From the NCBI RefSeq assembly GCF_006345805.1, contig NC_043026.1, forward strand, positions 12,937,579 through 13,001,578: a DNA stretch of 64,000 bases, in the 5' to 3' direction. The notes beneath the pieces were generated by a model. It was not told where the DNA came from, did not search any database, and saw nothing but the letters and a program-made list of their open reading frames with translations. The DNA comes from Octopus sinensis (Eukaryota). Shown here one piece after another: positions 36,326 through 49,115 of this stretch. Within the stretch, counting starts at the first letter, position 1. Each line of letters begins with the position of its first letter. Position numbers and translations under genes: made by a program.

Positions 36326-36428
36326 TAAATTAGAGACAAAACCACTATTAGGCAAATCATACAATGAAAAACTTAAGCCAATACATAAGATTATTAGTAG
36401 TGGTTTTGTCTCTAATTTAATATAATAT
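36322..36428. repeat. Short inverted-repeat element
   Basis: tatattaaattagagacaaaaccacta ... tagtggttttgtctctaatttaatata. Confidence 0.8.
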
Positions 36429-36489
36429 TTTACTATAAAATTGGATTCAATCCTAAATCTGATTTTTCCTTGTAAGTTTGGATTTATTC

Positions 36490-37633
<1,144 letters not shown>

Positions 37634-37635
<2 letters not shown>

Positions 37636-37935
37636 GGAGGCGCAATGGCTCAGTGGTTAGGGCAGTGGACTCGCGGTCGTAGGATCGCCGTTTCGATTCC
37701 CAGACCGGGCGTTGTGGGTGTTTATCGAGCAAAAACACCTAAAAGCTCCACGATGCTCCGGCAGGGGGTGGTGGCAATTCCTGCTGTACTCTTTTACCAC
37801 AACTATCTCTCACTCTTCTGTTGGCCTGCTCGCTTAGCCAGCGGGGTGGTGTCATTTGAAGGCTAAAATAATGTGAAGCGCATTGTGACCAGCGATGTGT
37901 AGCAACATCTGATAGCCTGGTCGGTCACGGTGATA
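37634..37935 (+). mobile_element. SINE-B, tail b
   Basis: Colinear with 31971-32270. Confidence 0.88.
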
Positions 37936-38429
37936 TATATATATATATACCCTGACTGGCCTTGTGCTAGTGGCACGTAAAAAGCACCATCCGATCGTGG
38001 ACATTTGCGAGCCTCATTTGACACCTGTGCTGGTGGCACGTAGAAAGCATCCACTACACTCACGGAGTGGTTGGCATTAGGAAGGGCATCCAGCCGTAGA
38101 AACATTGTCAGGTCAGACTGGGCCTGGTGCAGCCTTCTGGCTTCCCAGACCCCAGTTGAACCGTCCAACCCATGCTAGCAAGAAAAGCGGACGCTAAACG
38201 AAAATGATGATGATGACATGTATATATATGTGTATATTTAGGGCTAAAACCACTAGGTGGATAAACCATATGCTAGAAGAAGATCACATACGATCTAACT
38301 ACAAAGAAAGGATGTTCTCCAGAGAAAATTCAGTGGACACTAGAACATAGGCGGGCAAGACAGATGAAAATTATATAAAAATCAAGAATTAATCATATAC
38401 CGGTTTTGTCTGTTACCAAGTAAATTACC

Positions 38430-38830
38430 TACCCTCCAGCCTTCATCAGGTGTCTTGGGGAAATTTTGAACCCAAGTTCTCATTTCTAAGGTATTTTTCG
38501 ATATTATTATTATTATTATTATTATCATTCAGGTCACTGCTTGGAATTGAACTCCGAATCTTGGGGTTAGTAGTCTGTGCTCTTAACCACTATGCCATAT
38601 GCCCGTGGCATAGTGGTTAAGAGTGGGTCACTAATCCCAAGATTCGGAGTTCGATTCCAGGCAGTGACCTGAATAATAATAATAGCATCGAAAAATACCT
38701 TAGGAATGAGAACCTAGGTTCGAAATTTCCCCAAGACACCTGATGAAGGCTGGAGGGTATATCAGCCGAAACAGTGTGTTAACAACAAACTAGATGAGGC
38801 CAAATATCCATCAAATGTAAATCATGTACA
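38430..38830. mobile_element. Head-to-head palindromic tRNA-headed element carrying the hammerhead motif
   Basis: Arms 38430-38597 and 38606-38759 with an 8-nt spacer; A box tggcatagtgg at 38606, B box gagttcgattcc at 38647. Confidence 0.75.
38735..38780 (+). ncRNA. Minimal type-I hammerhead ribozyme-like motif (probably inactivated)
   Basis: gacac CTGATGA a GGCTG gagggtatat CAGCC GAAAC agt gtgtt. Core, stem II and stem I are present; the NUH triplet is not canonical. Confidence 0.55.
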
Positions 38831-39459
38831 TAGTTCTTCATCTCTTAAATATAGAACCGTTCCTATTCCTCACAGTCTTACAGGCCACCACAGAGGAGTT
38901 CAGAATCAGAAACTCACAGAAATTATTCTACACTGGTGATTTATTTCTTGGAGTGGAACTGACAGAGAAGAAATCCCAGGCAAAGAAGTGAAATCTAGAA
39001 ATGAGACTTCAAGAAAAACTTAGCTGAGACTAAGGTGTAAATATGTTGGGATGACAAAAGGACCTCAGTATCACCAGGGAAATGGCCTTGCTCAGTATGC
39101 AGAAAAGAGGAGGCTGCAAGTCCATACTTTTAGTAAAAGAATAAAAGAATCTCTTAACAGAACACAAAAACACTGCTATCAATTCTGATATTCAAAGATA
39201 CCAAAATATGCTGCTATCTCCTTCATAAATGTATTCAAGTTTAGGCATACCTACACAAGAGTGCCCCCGTCGACTTAGTTTCCTCATGAATTAAAAATAA
39301 AATTAATATTTTAAAAAATATGCTTCAGAAGGTGCAGATTTTTTATTATATCTGAATTCGTTGTGAAAATATTTTTTCGAGGGTGGGGAGTGAAGTTTCT
39401 GAAAATCCACAGAAATTGGCTTTGTTTTGTAATAATTTACAGAAAAAAAAAAACGGGTA

Positions 39460-40236
39460 CCGTAAATCCTCGAGTATAGTCCGACCTTGAGCATAATACA
39501 CCGGGGATTTTTAGGGGGCTGTACCTCTGAAAAACCTAAACCTTTATTGTTATTGTATACGGTAACGTCCTTTATTATTATTGTATATATATAACATAAT
39601 GCAAACGTGTAGCCTTTTTGTGCATTTTGTTTGCATAAAATAAAGAAATAACAGTAATAATGTTCAATAAATGTTGCTTACTACAAGTTATGGATGATTC
39701 TTTTATGACTTCATTGCTTTCAGGCTTAGCTTAAGGTATTTTCGCACCCTTGGGTATAATACGCAGAGGATTTTTAGGGGGCTGTACCTCTGAAAAACCT
39801 AAACCTGGTGTATAATACGCACCCCTTCTCTAATTTGAGTCAAGGAGGTCCATATAACGTCCTTGGTTTGTAAAAATGTGTACGGTAACGTCCTTTATTA
39901 TTATTGTATATTTAACATAATGCAAACGTGTAGCCTTTTTGTGCATTTTGTTTGCATAAAATAAAGAAATAACAGTAATAATGTTTAATAAATGTTGCTT
40001 ACTACAAGTTATGGATGATTCTTTTATGACTTCATTGCTTTCAGGCTTAGCTTAAGGTATTTTCGCGCCCGACATCACAAAATGCGTCTGAATAAACATT
40101 GCCGGACAGCAAATAAGGACTCGGACATTGCTTAGAAAATAATTTTTATTTTTAACCTTATATATAGTACGCACTAGGGATTTTGACCTTTAAATTTTGG
40201 GGGGAAAAAATGCGGATTATACTCGAGGATTTAAGG
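39460..40236. mobile_element. Non-autonomous pogo/Tc1-mariner-type element with internal duplication
   Basis: ta|ccgtaaatcctcgagtata...tatactcgaggatttaagg|ta; internal blocks at about 39558-39745 and 39881-40066 repeat. Confidence 0.75.
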
Positions 40237-41024
40237 TATTTTTCTTATGAAAATTTCTGCGAATACCCTTCAGGTGAAGTTGATTACAATTATATCGGAA
40301 ATTAATGAGTAAAAAAATCGGTGAGTTCGCGCTCATACATGCTGACACATCAAGTTTTTTTACGAAATTTCAAGTTTCATTTTTGATGCGTGCGTCTTTC
40401 TTTTCATATTAAATTCCAATATAATAGTGATGTACACTATACGAAAAGTATTTATAGAAAATTTCATTAAAAGATATCCACTTTCCGAAAAGTTATGGAG
40501 AAACAAAGCCAACTCGAGTGAATTCTCCGAAACTCCTCTTCTTAGCCTTGGAAAAACTTTTTCACAACTAATTCCGATATAGTCGGAATCAACATCATCA
40601 AATAAGTGGAAAATTTCATATAAAAAATCGCCATTTTTCTGGAGGAAATAAATTCGGGGTGGAGGAGCACCTGCGTGGGCGTACCTGAGTTTAATTAGGA
40701 GGAAAAAGTACCAGAGAATTAGAGAGAAATACGTTGCTATTAATCTTTTATTTAACATGAAAGTATCTTAACAAAAATAATTCAAACTAAATATGCGATT
40801 ATAGTTGATAAAACTTCATCAATGTTTAGACATCAATTCATAAGTGTATCTCTTAATTAACGTATCTGTGAAGCATCATCTTACAATTAAAATATATATA
40901 TATATATTAAAACAATAAAGATATATTTAATTTATACTTAATCAAAGAGGAAATGCACCCTAGACATATTTGAGAGCTGGAAAGTACATTTAAAGGCACG
41001 AGGTCAGCTTCTTTGTGGTGAGAT

Positions 41025-41193
41025 ACGAATTGATGTCTAAAAAGAGAAGCGAAACGAAGGTTGATGTCGCAGAGTCTTTGGAAGAGGAGAAAAAGCTTGG
41101 ATCTTTGAAAACCCCAATTTAAGAAGGAGAGAATTCAGTTTGGTCGACGCACCGATTCGCTGTTAAGAAACAGCGACAAGCACAACGGTAAGT
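41025..41193 (+). promoter_or_regulatory. Putative non-coding exon 1 and donor of the 44798 gene
   Basis: Same block; acg|gtaagt at 41188. Confidence 0.6.
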
Positions 41194-41520
41194 CGACAAA
41201 GATTTCCTTGAATAATAATAATAAATCTGCAATAATGGGTGTAGATAATAGAATTTGTTAATTTGTGGAACATAACAACGGTTGGAATATTCGTCGTTTT
41301 GCTGGCTTTTACCAACAAGAAAATACTTCCAAACTGAAATGGTGATCTGTTATTTTCGAAAAGAGACATTCCACTGTTACGTGTGTGATATTAAAGTAAA
41401 TTACAGACTTGCTAATTGAAAAAAGTTTTTTCACGTTGCTAGTCCACACGTGGATATTATAACTAATCAACAGGCTTATTCTAACAATACTAATATTTAT
41501 TCGTGTAATTTAATTTTTTT

Positions 41521-41951
41521 GGCGATCTTTCGTCTCTAGTAGACCTTTCCGTCGATTTCCGAAAAAAAAAATTATTTTTTTTACATATGGGCTTGCAGGA
41601 ACTTTTGAAGTAATATACATACATATACACATACACCGAGTAAAAAATTTCAGTTATCTCTCTCTTTCACACATTACTCTCTCTGTCTCTTCACACACAC
41701 TAACAGAAGCACTTCACTTACACAACATACTGTCTGTCTCCCACACCCCATCAAACACACACACACACACACATGTACATCAATGCTTCCCCTGGACGGT
41801 AACTTCAAAAGAACTTCCCTCGTCATACAATCGCTTTCTCTTAGTCTCTTTCGCTCTCATTACTTCAAAAGTTCCCGCAAGCCCATATGTAAAAAAAAAA
41901 AAGAAGTTTTTACGGAAATCGACGGAAAGGTCTACTAGAGACGAAAGATTG
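41521..41951 (-). mobile_element. MITE-1, reverse orientation
   Basis: Same TIRs; flanked by a direct duplication of about 110 bp instead of an 8-bp TSD. Confidence 0.88.
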
Positions 41952-42279
41952 GCTAATTGAACAAAGTTTTTTCACGTTGCTAGTCCACACGTGGATATTA
42001 TAACTAATCAACAGGCTTATTCTAACAATACTAATCATATTTATTCGTGTAATTTAATTTTTTTCTCAAAGATATTTTCATTTCGGCATTCTTTCGATAT
42101 AACTCGACAAAATCAAAACATTTCACTTCGGGTATTTCCGTGGGTTGTGGAGTTTAGATATAACGAAATTATGCCAGCAATGTCTCGTTTTAAACTTGAA
42201 GAAAAAAAAAGAAAAAAAGCCTTGCATATTTGTTCTTACCTGCTTCAGGTGTGGATGTAAAATCCGCAAATTTCCAAGC

Positions 42280-42304
<25 letters not shown>

Positions 42305-42310
<6 letters not shown>

Positions 42311-42622
42311 CGTTATATAATTAGGGTTCAGTAAAATAATCGACTTTACCACACACCGAACTTTTAGAAATAGCAGCCAAAAAATCTTAGCTATTTCCTC
42401 TACCATAAGAGAAGTCTCCCAGACTCAAGTAATCGATGTACGTGTGATCTTTCGTTATTTTCCCCTCTATACCTGCGTGAATTATTTTTGAGTATACATT
42501 GTCTGGGAGACTTTTCTTATAGTAGAGGAAATAGCTAAGATTTTTTTGGCTGCTATTTCTAAAAGTTCGGTGTGTGGTAAAGTAAATTATTTTTACTGAA
42601 CCCTAATTATATAACGTAATGT
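42305..42622. repeat. Fold-back of the same family with a longer loop
   Basis: ttagggttcagtaaaa...ttttactgaaccctaa; arms contain tagaaatagcagccaaa. Confidence 0.85.
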
Positions 42623-43172
42623 TTTAAATATACTGTAAATGGTCTTTTTACATACTGAACACTAATTGGTAAAATTATTAATTAATAATTAATTAATTTT
42701 ACCCTTTTATTATTGACTATATATTCTCTTTCTCTTTTATTTGTTTCAGTCATTTGACTGCGGCCATGCTGGAGCACCGCCTTTTTTTTTAGTCGAGCAA
42801 ATCGACCCCGGGACTTATTCTATCGGTCTGTTTTGCCGAACCGCTAAGTGACGGGGACGTAAACACACCAGCATCGGTTGTCAAGCAATGCTAGGGGGAC
42901 AAACACAGACACATACACACACATATCTGTATATATATATATACATATATACGACAGGCTTCTTTCAGTTTCCGTCTACCAAATCCACTCACAAGGCATT
43001 GGTCGGCCTGGGGCTATAGCAGAAGACACTTGCCCAAAATGCCACGCAGTAGGACTGAACCCGGAACCATGTGGTTGGTTAGCAAGCTACTTACCACACA
43101 GCCACTCCTGCGCCTATATATATATACATATATACATTATATACATATATACATATATACATATATATATAT

Positions 43173-43512
43173 GAAGGCACATGGCTCAGTGGTTAGAGCG
43201 TCGAGCTTACGATCGTGAGGTTGTGAGCTCGAATCCCGGACCGGGCTGCGTGTTGTGTTCTTGAGCAAGGCACTTTATTTCACGTTGCTCCAGTTCACTC
43301 AGCTGTAGAAATGAGTTGCGACGTCACAGGTGCCAAGCTGTATCGGCCCTTGCCTTTCCCTTGGATAACACTGGTGACGTGGAGAGGGGAGGTCGGTATG
43401 CATGGGCGACTGCTGGTCTTCCGTAAACAACCTTGCCCGGACTTGTGTCTAGGAGGGTAACTTTCTTGGTGCAATCCCATGGTCATTCATGACCGAAGGG
43501 GGTCTTTACCCT
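43173..43512 (+). mobile_element. SINE-C (tRNA head, cttgagcaaggcactt...cactcagctgta core)
   Basis: Other copies at 11845-12180 (+) and 55760-56104 (-). Confidence 0.85.
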
Positions 43513-43924
43513 TTATATATATATATGACGGGCTTCTTTTAATGCTCAAGTTAAAAGTTTCTGTCTACCAAATCTACTCACAAGACTTTGGTCAGCCTAA
43601 GGTTATAGTAGAAGACACTTCTAAAAGTAAAGGGGGTGAATTTTGTGTAGTTATACATGTTGGCAACTTTTCTCTCCCACCCGTTTGTGTGGGTGTTACC
43701 CATTTTTTCTGGGCTCTTTTCACCCCATTTGAAATTTGCATTAGTTTTTGTATGGGGGGGAAAAAAAAAAAAAAAAGGGAACGGAGGGGGAGCTTACTCT
43801 CTTTTACTTGTTTCGGTCATTTGACTGCGGCCATGCTGGGGCACCGCCTTTAGTCGAGCAAATCGACCCCGGGACTTATTCTTTGTAAGCCCGGTACTTA
43901 TTCTATCGGTCTCTTTTGCCGAAC

Positions 43925-44016
43925 TGCTATATATATATACACACACACACACATATATATATATACACACACACACACATATATATATATACACACACAC
44001 ACATATATATATATAT

Positions 44017-44093
<77 letters not shown>
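43925..44093. repeat. Compound (TA)n/(CA)n microsatellite
   Basis: Direct reading of the sequence. Confidence 0.95.
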
Positions 44094-44097
<4 letters not shown>

Positions 44098-44192
44098 ATC
44101 CAAACAAGAAAACACAGAAAAAACACAACAACGTGAGGACGTGGAACAAATATAGTATTATTGGACGCTCAAGAAAGAAGGAAAGAAGGAGG

Positions 44193-44227
44193 GTTTAACG
44201 TTTCAAGCAGAGCTCTTCGTCGGAAAC
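44193..44227 (-). ncRNA. Minimal hammerhead-like motif, different repeat family
   Basis: Reverse complement: gttt CCGACGA a GAGC tct GCTT GAAAC GTT aaac (U4C core variant). Confidence 0.45.
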
Positions 44228-44414
44228 AAAGGAGAAGGAAAGATCCCGAGAAGGGAAGACAGAGGAAAAAAATTTTTTTGCTGGTGGTGCTCAAAAGATC
44301 ACATGTTGTGAAGATGTAATTTACAAACACGTAGATTTTCCACAATATCATATAATGTAATTTATTAATATAGAAATGTAACATTGCCGTTTTGATCTCT
44401 CCTCTACATCTAAT

Positions 44415-44445
44415 ACTGTTTCTTTATTATTTCAGATTAATGGTT
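44415..44445 (+). promoter_or_regulatory. Conserved family-A splice acceptor
   Basis: tttctttattatttcag|attaa. Confidence 0.7.
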
Positions 44446-44797
44446 GGCATTGGATACATCTGGAATGTTAATCATGATTTAAAGACTGAAGGAAAATGCT
44501 TTATAGAACAGATATGTTTCTGCTGCTGTACATCTGTGGTTGAATTACTGTGAAGTCATAGCAACATTTCTGTATCTCATAATCTAGTATTTTTCCTTTC
44601 AAATTAACCTTGAAAATATCTGTGAAGGAGTTGGTGACATTTTAGTTATTGATAAAGATCCCAGCTGACAGCAGAGGCGATATCTTTAAGGAAGAAACTA
44701 TAAAAAAAAAAACGAGGAAAACTATATATTGTGGAGAGAAGAGAAAATTTAATTCTGTGACAAATTAAAGGTTTGAAGTTTTGTATTCATTGCGGAG

Positions 44798-45913
44798 ATG
44801 TCGACTGATATCCGAAAATCATCATATCACTGTGATATCTGTGGTAAACCATTCACTGATACCCGTAACTTAATTCGACATAAGCGTACTCATACAGGTG
44901 AGAAGCCGTTTCACTGTGATGTCTGTGGTAAATCATTCTCTGGAGGTAGTGATTTGACAACTCATAAACGTGTTCACACAGGAGAGAAACCGTATTGTTG
45001 TGACATCTGCGGTAAATCATTCTCTAGAAGTGGTGACTTAACAATACACAAGCGTTTTCATACAGGAGAGAGACCATATCACTGTGATATCTGTGGCAGG
45101 GCATTCTCTGATGGAAGTGCCTTAACTAATCACAAGCGTATTCATACAGGAGAAAAGCCGTTTCACTGTGATATCTGCGGTAAATCATTTGCTAGAAATC
45201 ATATCTTAACTATTCACAAACGTGTTCATACAGGGGAAAGGCCTTATGCTTGTGATATTTGTGGTAAAGCATTCTCTGGAGGGAGTGCCTTAACTACTCA
45301 CAAACGAATTCATACAGGAGAGAAGCCGTATCATTGTGATATATGTGGCAGATTATTCTCTGACACTAGTTATTTAAGAAGACACAAGCGTAGTCATACT
45401 GGAGAAAAACCCTATAGCTGTGATATCTGTGGTAAATCATTTTCTGGAAGTAGCGACTTAAAAACTCACAAGCGTATTCATACAGGAGAGAAGCCATATC
45501 ACTGTGATATTTGTGGTTATGCATTCTCTGCAAGTAGCGACTTAACTACCCACAAGCGTATCCATACAGGAGAGAAGCCATTCCACTGTGATATCTGCGG
45601 TAAATCATTTTCTGTTAAAAATGTCCTAACTATTCACAAACGTGTTCATACAGGAGAGAGGCCGTATCAGTGTGATATTTGTGGTAAAGCATTCTCTGGA
45701 AGTAGCGACTTGACTGCACACAAACGTATTCATACAGGAGAGAAGCCATATCGTTGTGATATTTGTGGTAAATCATTCTCTTTAAGGTGTCATTTGACCA
45801 GACACAAACGCATTCATACAGGAGAAAAGCCATTTCACTGTGATATCTGTGGTAAATCATTTACTCAAAGCGGTCACTTAACTACACACATATCTATCCA
45901 CTCTAAAGTGTGA
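44798..45913 (+). CDS. C2H2 zinc-finger protein, 13 fingers, family A
   Basis: ATG at 44798, 13 intact fingers, ends SIHSKV*. Confidence 0.93.
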   Translation: MSTDIRKSSYHCDICGKPFTDTRNLIRHKRTHTGEKPFHCDVCGKSFSGGSDLTTHKRVHTGEKPYCCDICGKSFSRSGDLTIHKRFHTGERPYHCDICGRAFSDGSALTNHKRIHTGEKPFHCDICGKSFARNHILTIHKRVHTGERPYACDICGKAFSGGSALTTHKRIHTGEKPYHCDICGRLFSDTSYLRRHKRSHTGEKPYSCDICGKSFSGSSDLKTHKRIHTGEKPYHCDICGYAFSASSDLTTHKRIHTGEKPFHCDICGKSFSVKNVLTIHKRVHTGERPYQCDICGKAFSGSSDLTAHKRIHTGEKPYRCDICGKSFSLRCHLTRHKRIHTGEKPFHCDICGKSFTQSGHLTTHISIHSKV

Positions 45914-46035
45914 CTGCATCATTTTCAAAATACATTATATTTCACAACAGCCATTGGAATTTTAAAACCATTCTTTTTCTACTGAGGCATGGATTAGCCT
46001 TATTGACTTAACAGTTATCCCTGAACTCATGACAA

Positions 46036-46506
46036 TAACCCTTTCGTTACTGTATTTATTTTGAGATGCTCTGTGTTTCTTTCAATTAATTTTAAATATA
46101 ACAAAGAATTTAGTAAAATACTTGGTTATCATTAAACTAGTGTTGGTAAAATAAATTGTGACTAAGGTTTAGTGGAAGATTTTAATTCAAAACTTATGAA
46201 AACAAGACATTTGTACTACAGAGTCAGAGGCGGTTTCCGTCGGGTTGGTATCAAAAGGGTTAAGAATTGTTTCTCTATTATATATTTTAACCCTTTTGTT
46301 ACCATATTTCTGCTGAGATGCTCTGTGTTTCTTTCAATTAATTTTAAATATAACAAAGAATTTAGTAAAATAACTTAGTTTTCATTAAGCTAGTATTGGG
46401 AATATAAATTGCGACTAAGGTTTGGTGGTATATTTTGATGCAAAACTTATGAAAACAAGACATTTGTACTACAGAACCAGAGCCAGGTTGGTAATGAAAG
46501 GGTTAA
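46036..46506. mobile_element. Two adjacent piggyBac-type MITEs
   Basis: (t)taa|ccctt...aaggg|ttaa at 46036-46263 and 46287-46506; the two are internally homologous. Confidence 0.7.
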
Positions 46507-48544
46507 TCTTACTCCCCATGTTTACCCTTTTGAGACATTGCTTAACAGCCAGATGCCCTCTTAGTAACCTGGTACCTGGGATAAACATTTTGACTGGACA
46601 CTTGCTGTTTGTTAAAATTCATCCTACGTAAGAAGTGTTTTGTGCGACAATAAATATATGTAGCAATGTAATAAGCTGCTATCACTATAAGTTATATTGC
46701 TTCAATTATATCTGCATGAGAAATATCCCATTCATGTTGATTGTCCCTTTAAACTGACACTTAATTTATAAGGGTTCAAAACAAATACTGGATACAAATT
46801 GTGATTTGTGTATGATCTATATCAAAGAATGAAACATGTTCTTAACGTGTATGCAGTCTGTATCGAACGGATTTCAATGAAATTTTTTTCAGCTGTTATT
46901 TTGGTTAAATATGATCGTGGCCGAAGCCAGCACCGCCTCGACTGGCTTCCGTGCAGGTGGCACGTAAAATGCACCAATCCGCCCGTGGCCGATGCCAGCC
47001 TCGCCTGGCTCCAGTACAGGTGGCACGTAAAAAGCATCCACTACACTCACAGAGTGGTTGGCGTTAAGAAGGGCATCCAGCTGTAGAAACATTGCCAGAT
47101 AAGACCAGAGCCTGGGGCAGCCTTCTGGCTTCCCAGATCCCCCGGTCGAACCGTCCAACCCATGCTAGCATGGAAAACGGACGTTAAACGATGATGATGA
47201 TGATGATGATTTTGGTTAAAATAATTGTGTTTTTGAATTTTCAGGCAATTTCATTCATGAGGAAAATTTCGGCATAAATTGGATATTGTGGTGTTATAAT
47301 TTGAAGCAGTTGTAGATTTTGTAGCTTCTAGATTCTTGTTCTCACTGTTATCTTTAGAATGTTGGGTAGTGGCGTGGCTGTGTGGTAAGTAGCTTGTTTA
47401 CCAACCACATGGTTCCGGGTTCAGTCCCACTGTGTGGCACCTTGGGAAAGTGTCTTCTACTATAGCCTCGGGCCGACCAAAGCCTTGTGAGTGGATTTGG
47501 TAGACGGAAACTGAAAGAAGCCCGTCGTATATATGTATGTGTGTTTGTGTGTCTGTGTTTGACCCCCTGGCATTGCTTGACAGCCGATGCTGGTGTGTTT
47601 ATGTCCTCGTAACTTAGCGGTTTGGCAAAAGAGACCGATAGAATAAGTACTGGGCTTACAAAAGAATAAGTCCCGGGGTCGAGTTGCTCGATTAAAGGCG
47701 GTGCTCCAGCATGGCCGCAGTTAAATGACTGAAACAAATAAAAGAGTTAAAAGAGTAGTCAATCCTGGTTCTTCAAAGAGATGGTGCATGGCATTTAGAC
47801 AGTGACTATCACTGTTTAGGATTGCCTTCTGGAACATTTCAGAAATGAACACATAAGTGTAGGCATGACTGTGGTAAGAAGCTTGCTTCCCAACCCCATG
47901 GTTTTGGGTTCAGTCCCATTGCATCGCAGCTTGGGCAAGTGTCTTCTACAATAGTTGCATACTGACCAAAAGCCTTGTGAGTGGATTTGGTAGACAGAAA
48001 CTGAAAGAAGCCTGATGTGTGTGTATATACATATGTGTATGTTTATGTCTCTGTAACTTAGTGGTTTTGCTGAAGAGGAGTCTATCTGTTTGACTGAAAC
48101 CTCTTCAGGGTGTTGCCCCAGAATGGCCGCAGTCAAATGACTGAAAGATATTGAAATATCAATATTATTGCTTTTGTTTTATTCTTTATCTCTGATTGAG
48201 TTTCCTATTCCTTTACTGCCCTCAAGGGGCTAAACGCAGAGGGGACAAACAAGGACAGACGAAGGGATTAAGTCGATTACATTGACCGCAGTGCGTAACT
48301 GGTTCTTCATTTAATCGACCCCAAAAGGATGAAAGGCAAAGTCGACCTTGGCGGAATTTGAACTCAGAACGCAGTGGCAGACGAAATACCGCTAAGCATT
48401 TTGCTCGGCGTGCTGACAATTCTGCCAGCTCACCGCCTAGAATTTCCTATCTCTATATTATAGCCTATAATACATGTGATGGATGAAGGTACAGGCAAGG
48501 CTGTGGCTCAACTGGAATGGTGAAATGTGAATCAAAAGTATTCA

Positions 48545-49115
48545 GGCGCAGGAGTGGCTGTGTGGTAAGTAGCTTGCTAACCAACCACATGGTTCCAGGT
48601 TCAGTCCCACTGCGTGGCATCTTGGGCAAGTGTCTTCTGCTATAGCCCTGGGCTGACCAATGCCTTGTGAGTGGATTTGGTAGACGGAAACTGAAAGAAG
48701 CCCATCGTATATATATATAGGCGCAGGAGCGGCTGTGTGGTAAGTAGCTTGCTAACCAACCACATGGTTCCGGGTTCAGTACCCACTGCATGGCACCTTG
48801 GGCAAGTGTCTTCTGCTATAGCCTCAGGCCGACCAAAGCCTTGTGAGTGGATTTGGTAGACAAAAATTGAAAGAAGCTCGCCGTATATATGTATATATAT
48901 ATGTGTATGTGTGTGTCTTTGTTTGTCCCCCTAGCATTGCTTGACAACCGATGCTGGTGTGTTTATGTCCCCGTCACTTAGCGGTTCGACAAAAGAGACT
49001 GATAGAATAAGTACTGGGCTTACAAAGAATAAGTCCCGGGTCGAGTTGCTCGATTAAAGGTGGTGCTCCAGCATGGCCGCAGTCAAATAACTGAAACAAG
49101 TAAAGAGTAAAGAGT
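48545..49115 (+). mobile_element. SINE-A with duplicated head
   Basis: Heads at 48545 and 48720. Confidence 0.9.

Noticed and set aside
40360-40758. 132-aa ORF
   Set aside because: No recognisable domain; it overlaps the degenerate intergenic element whose other copies have no ORF.
43620-43795. Odd G/T-rich stretch inside a SINE-A
   Set aside because: It sits where the SINE head should continue and looks like locally erroneous sequence.
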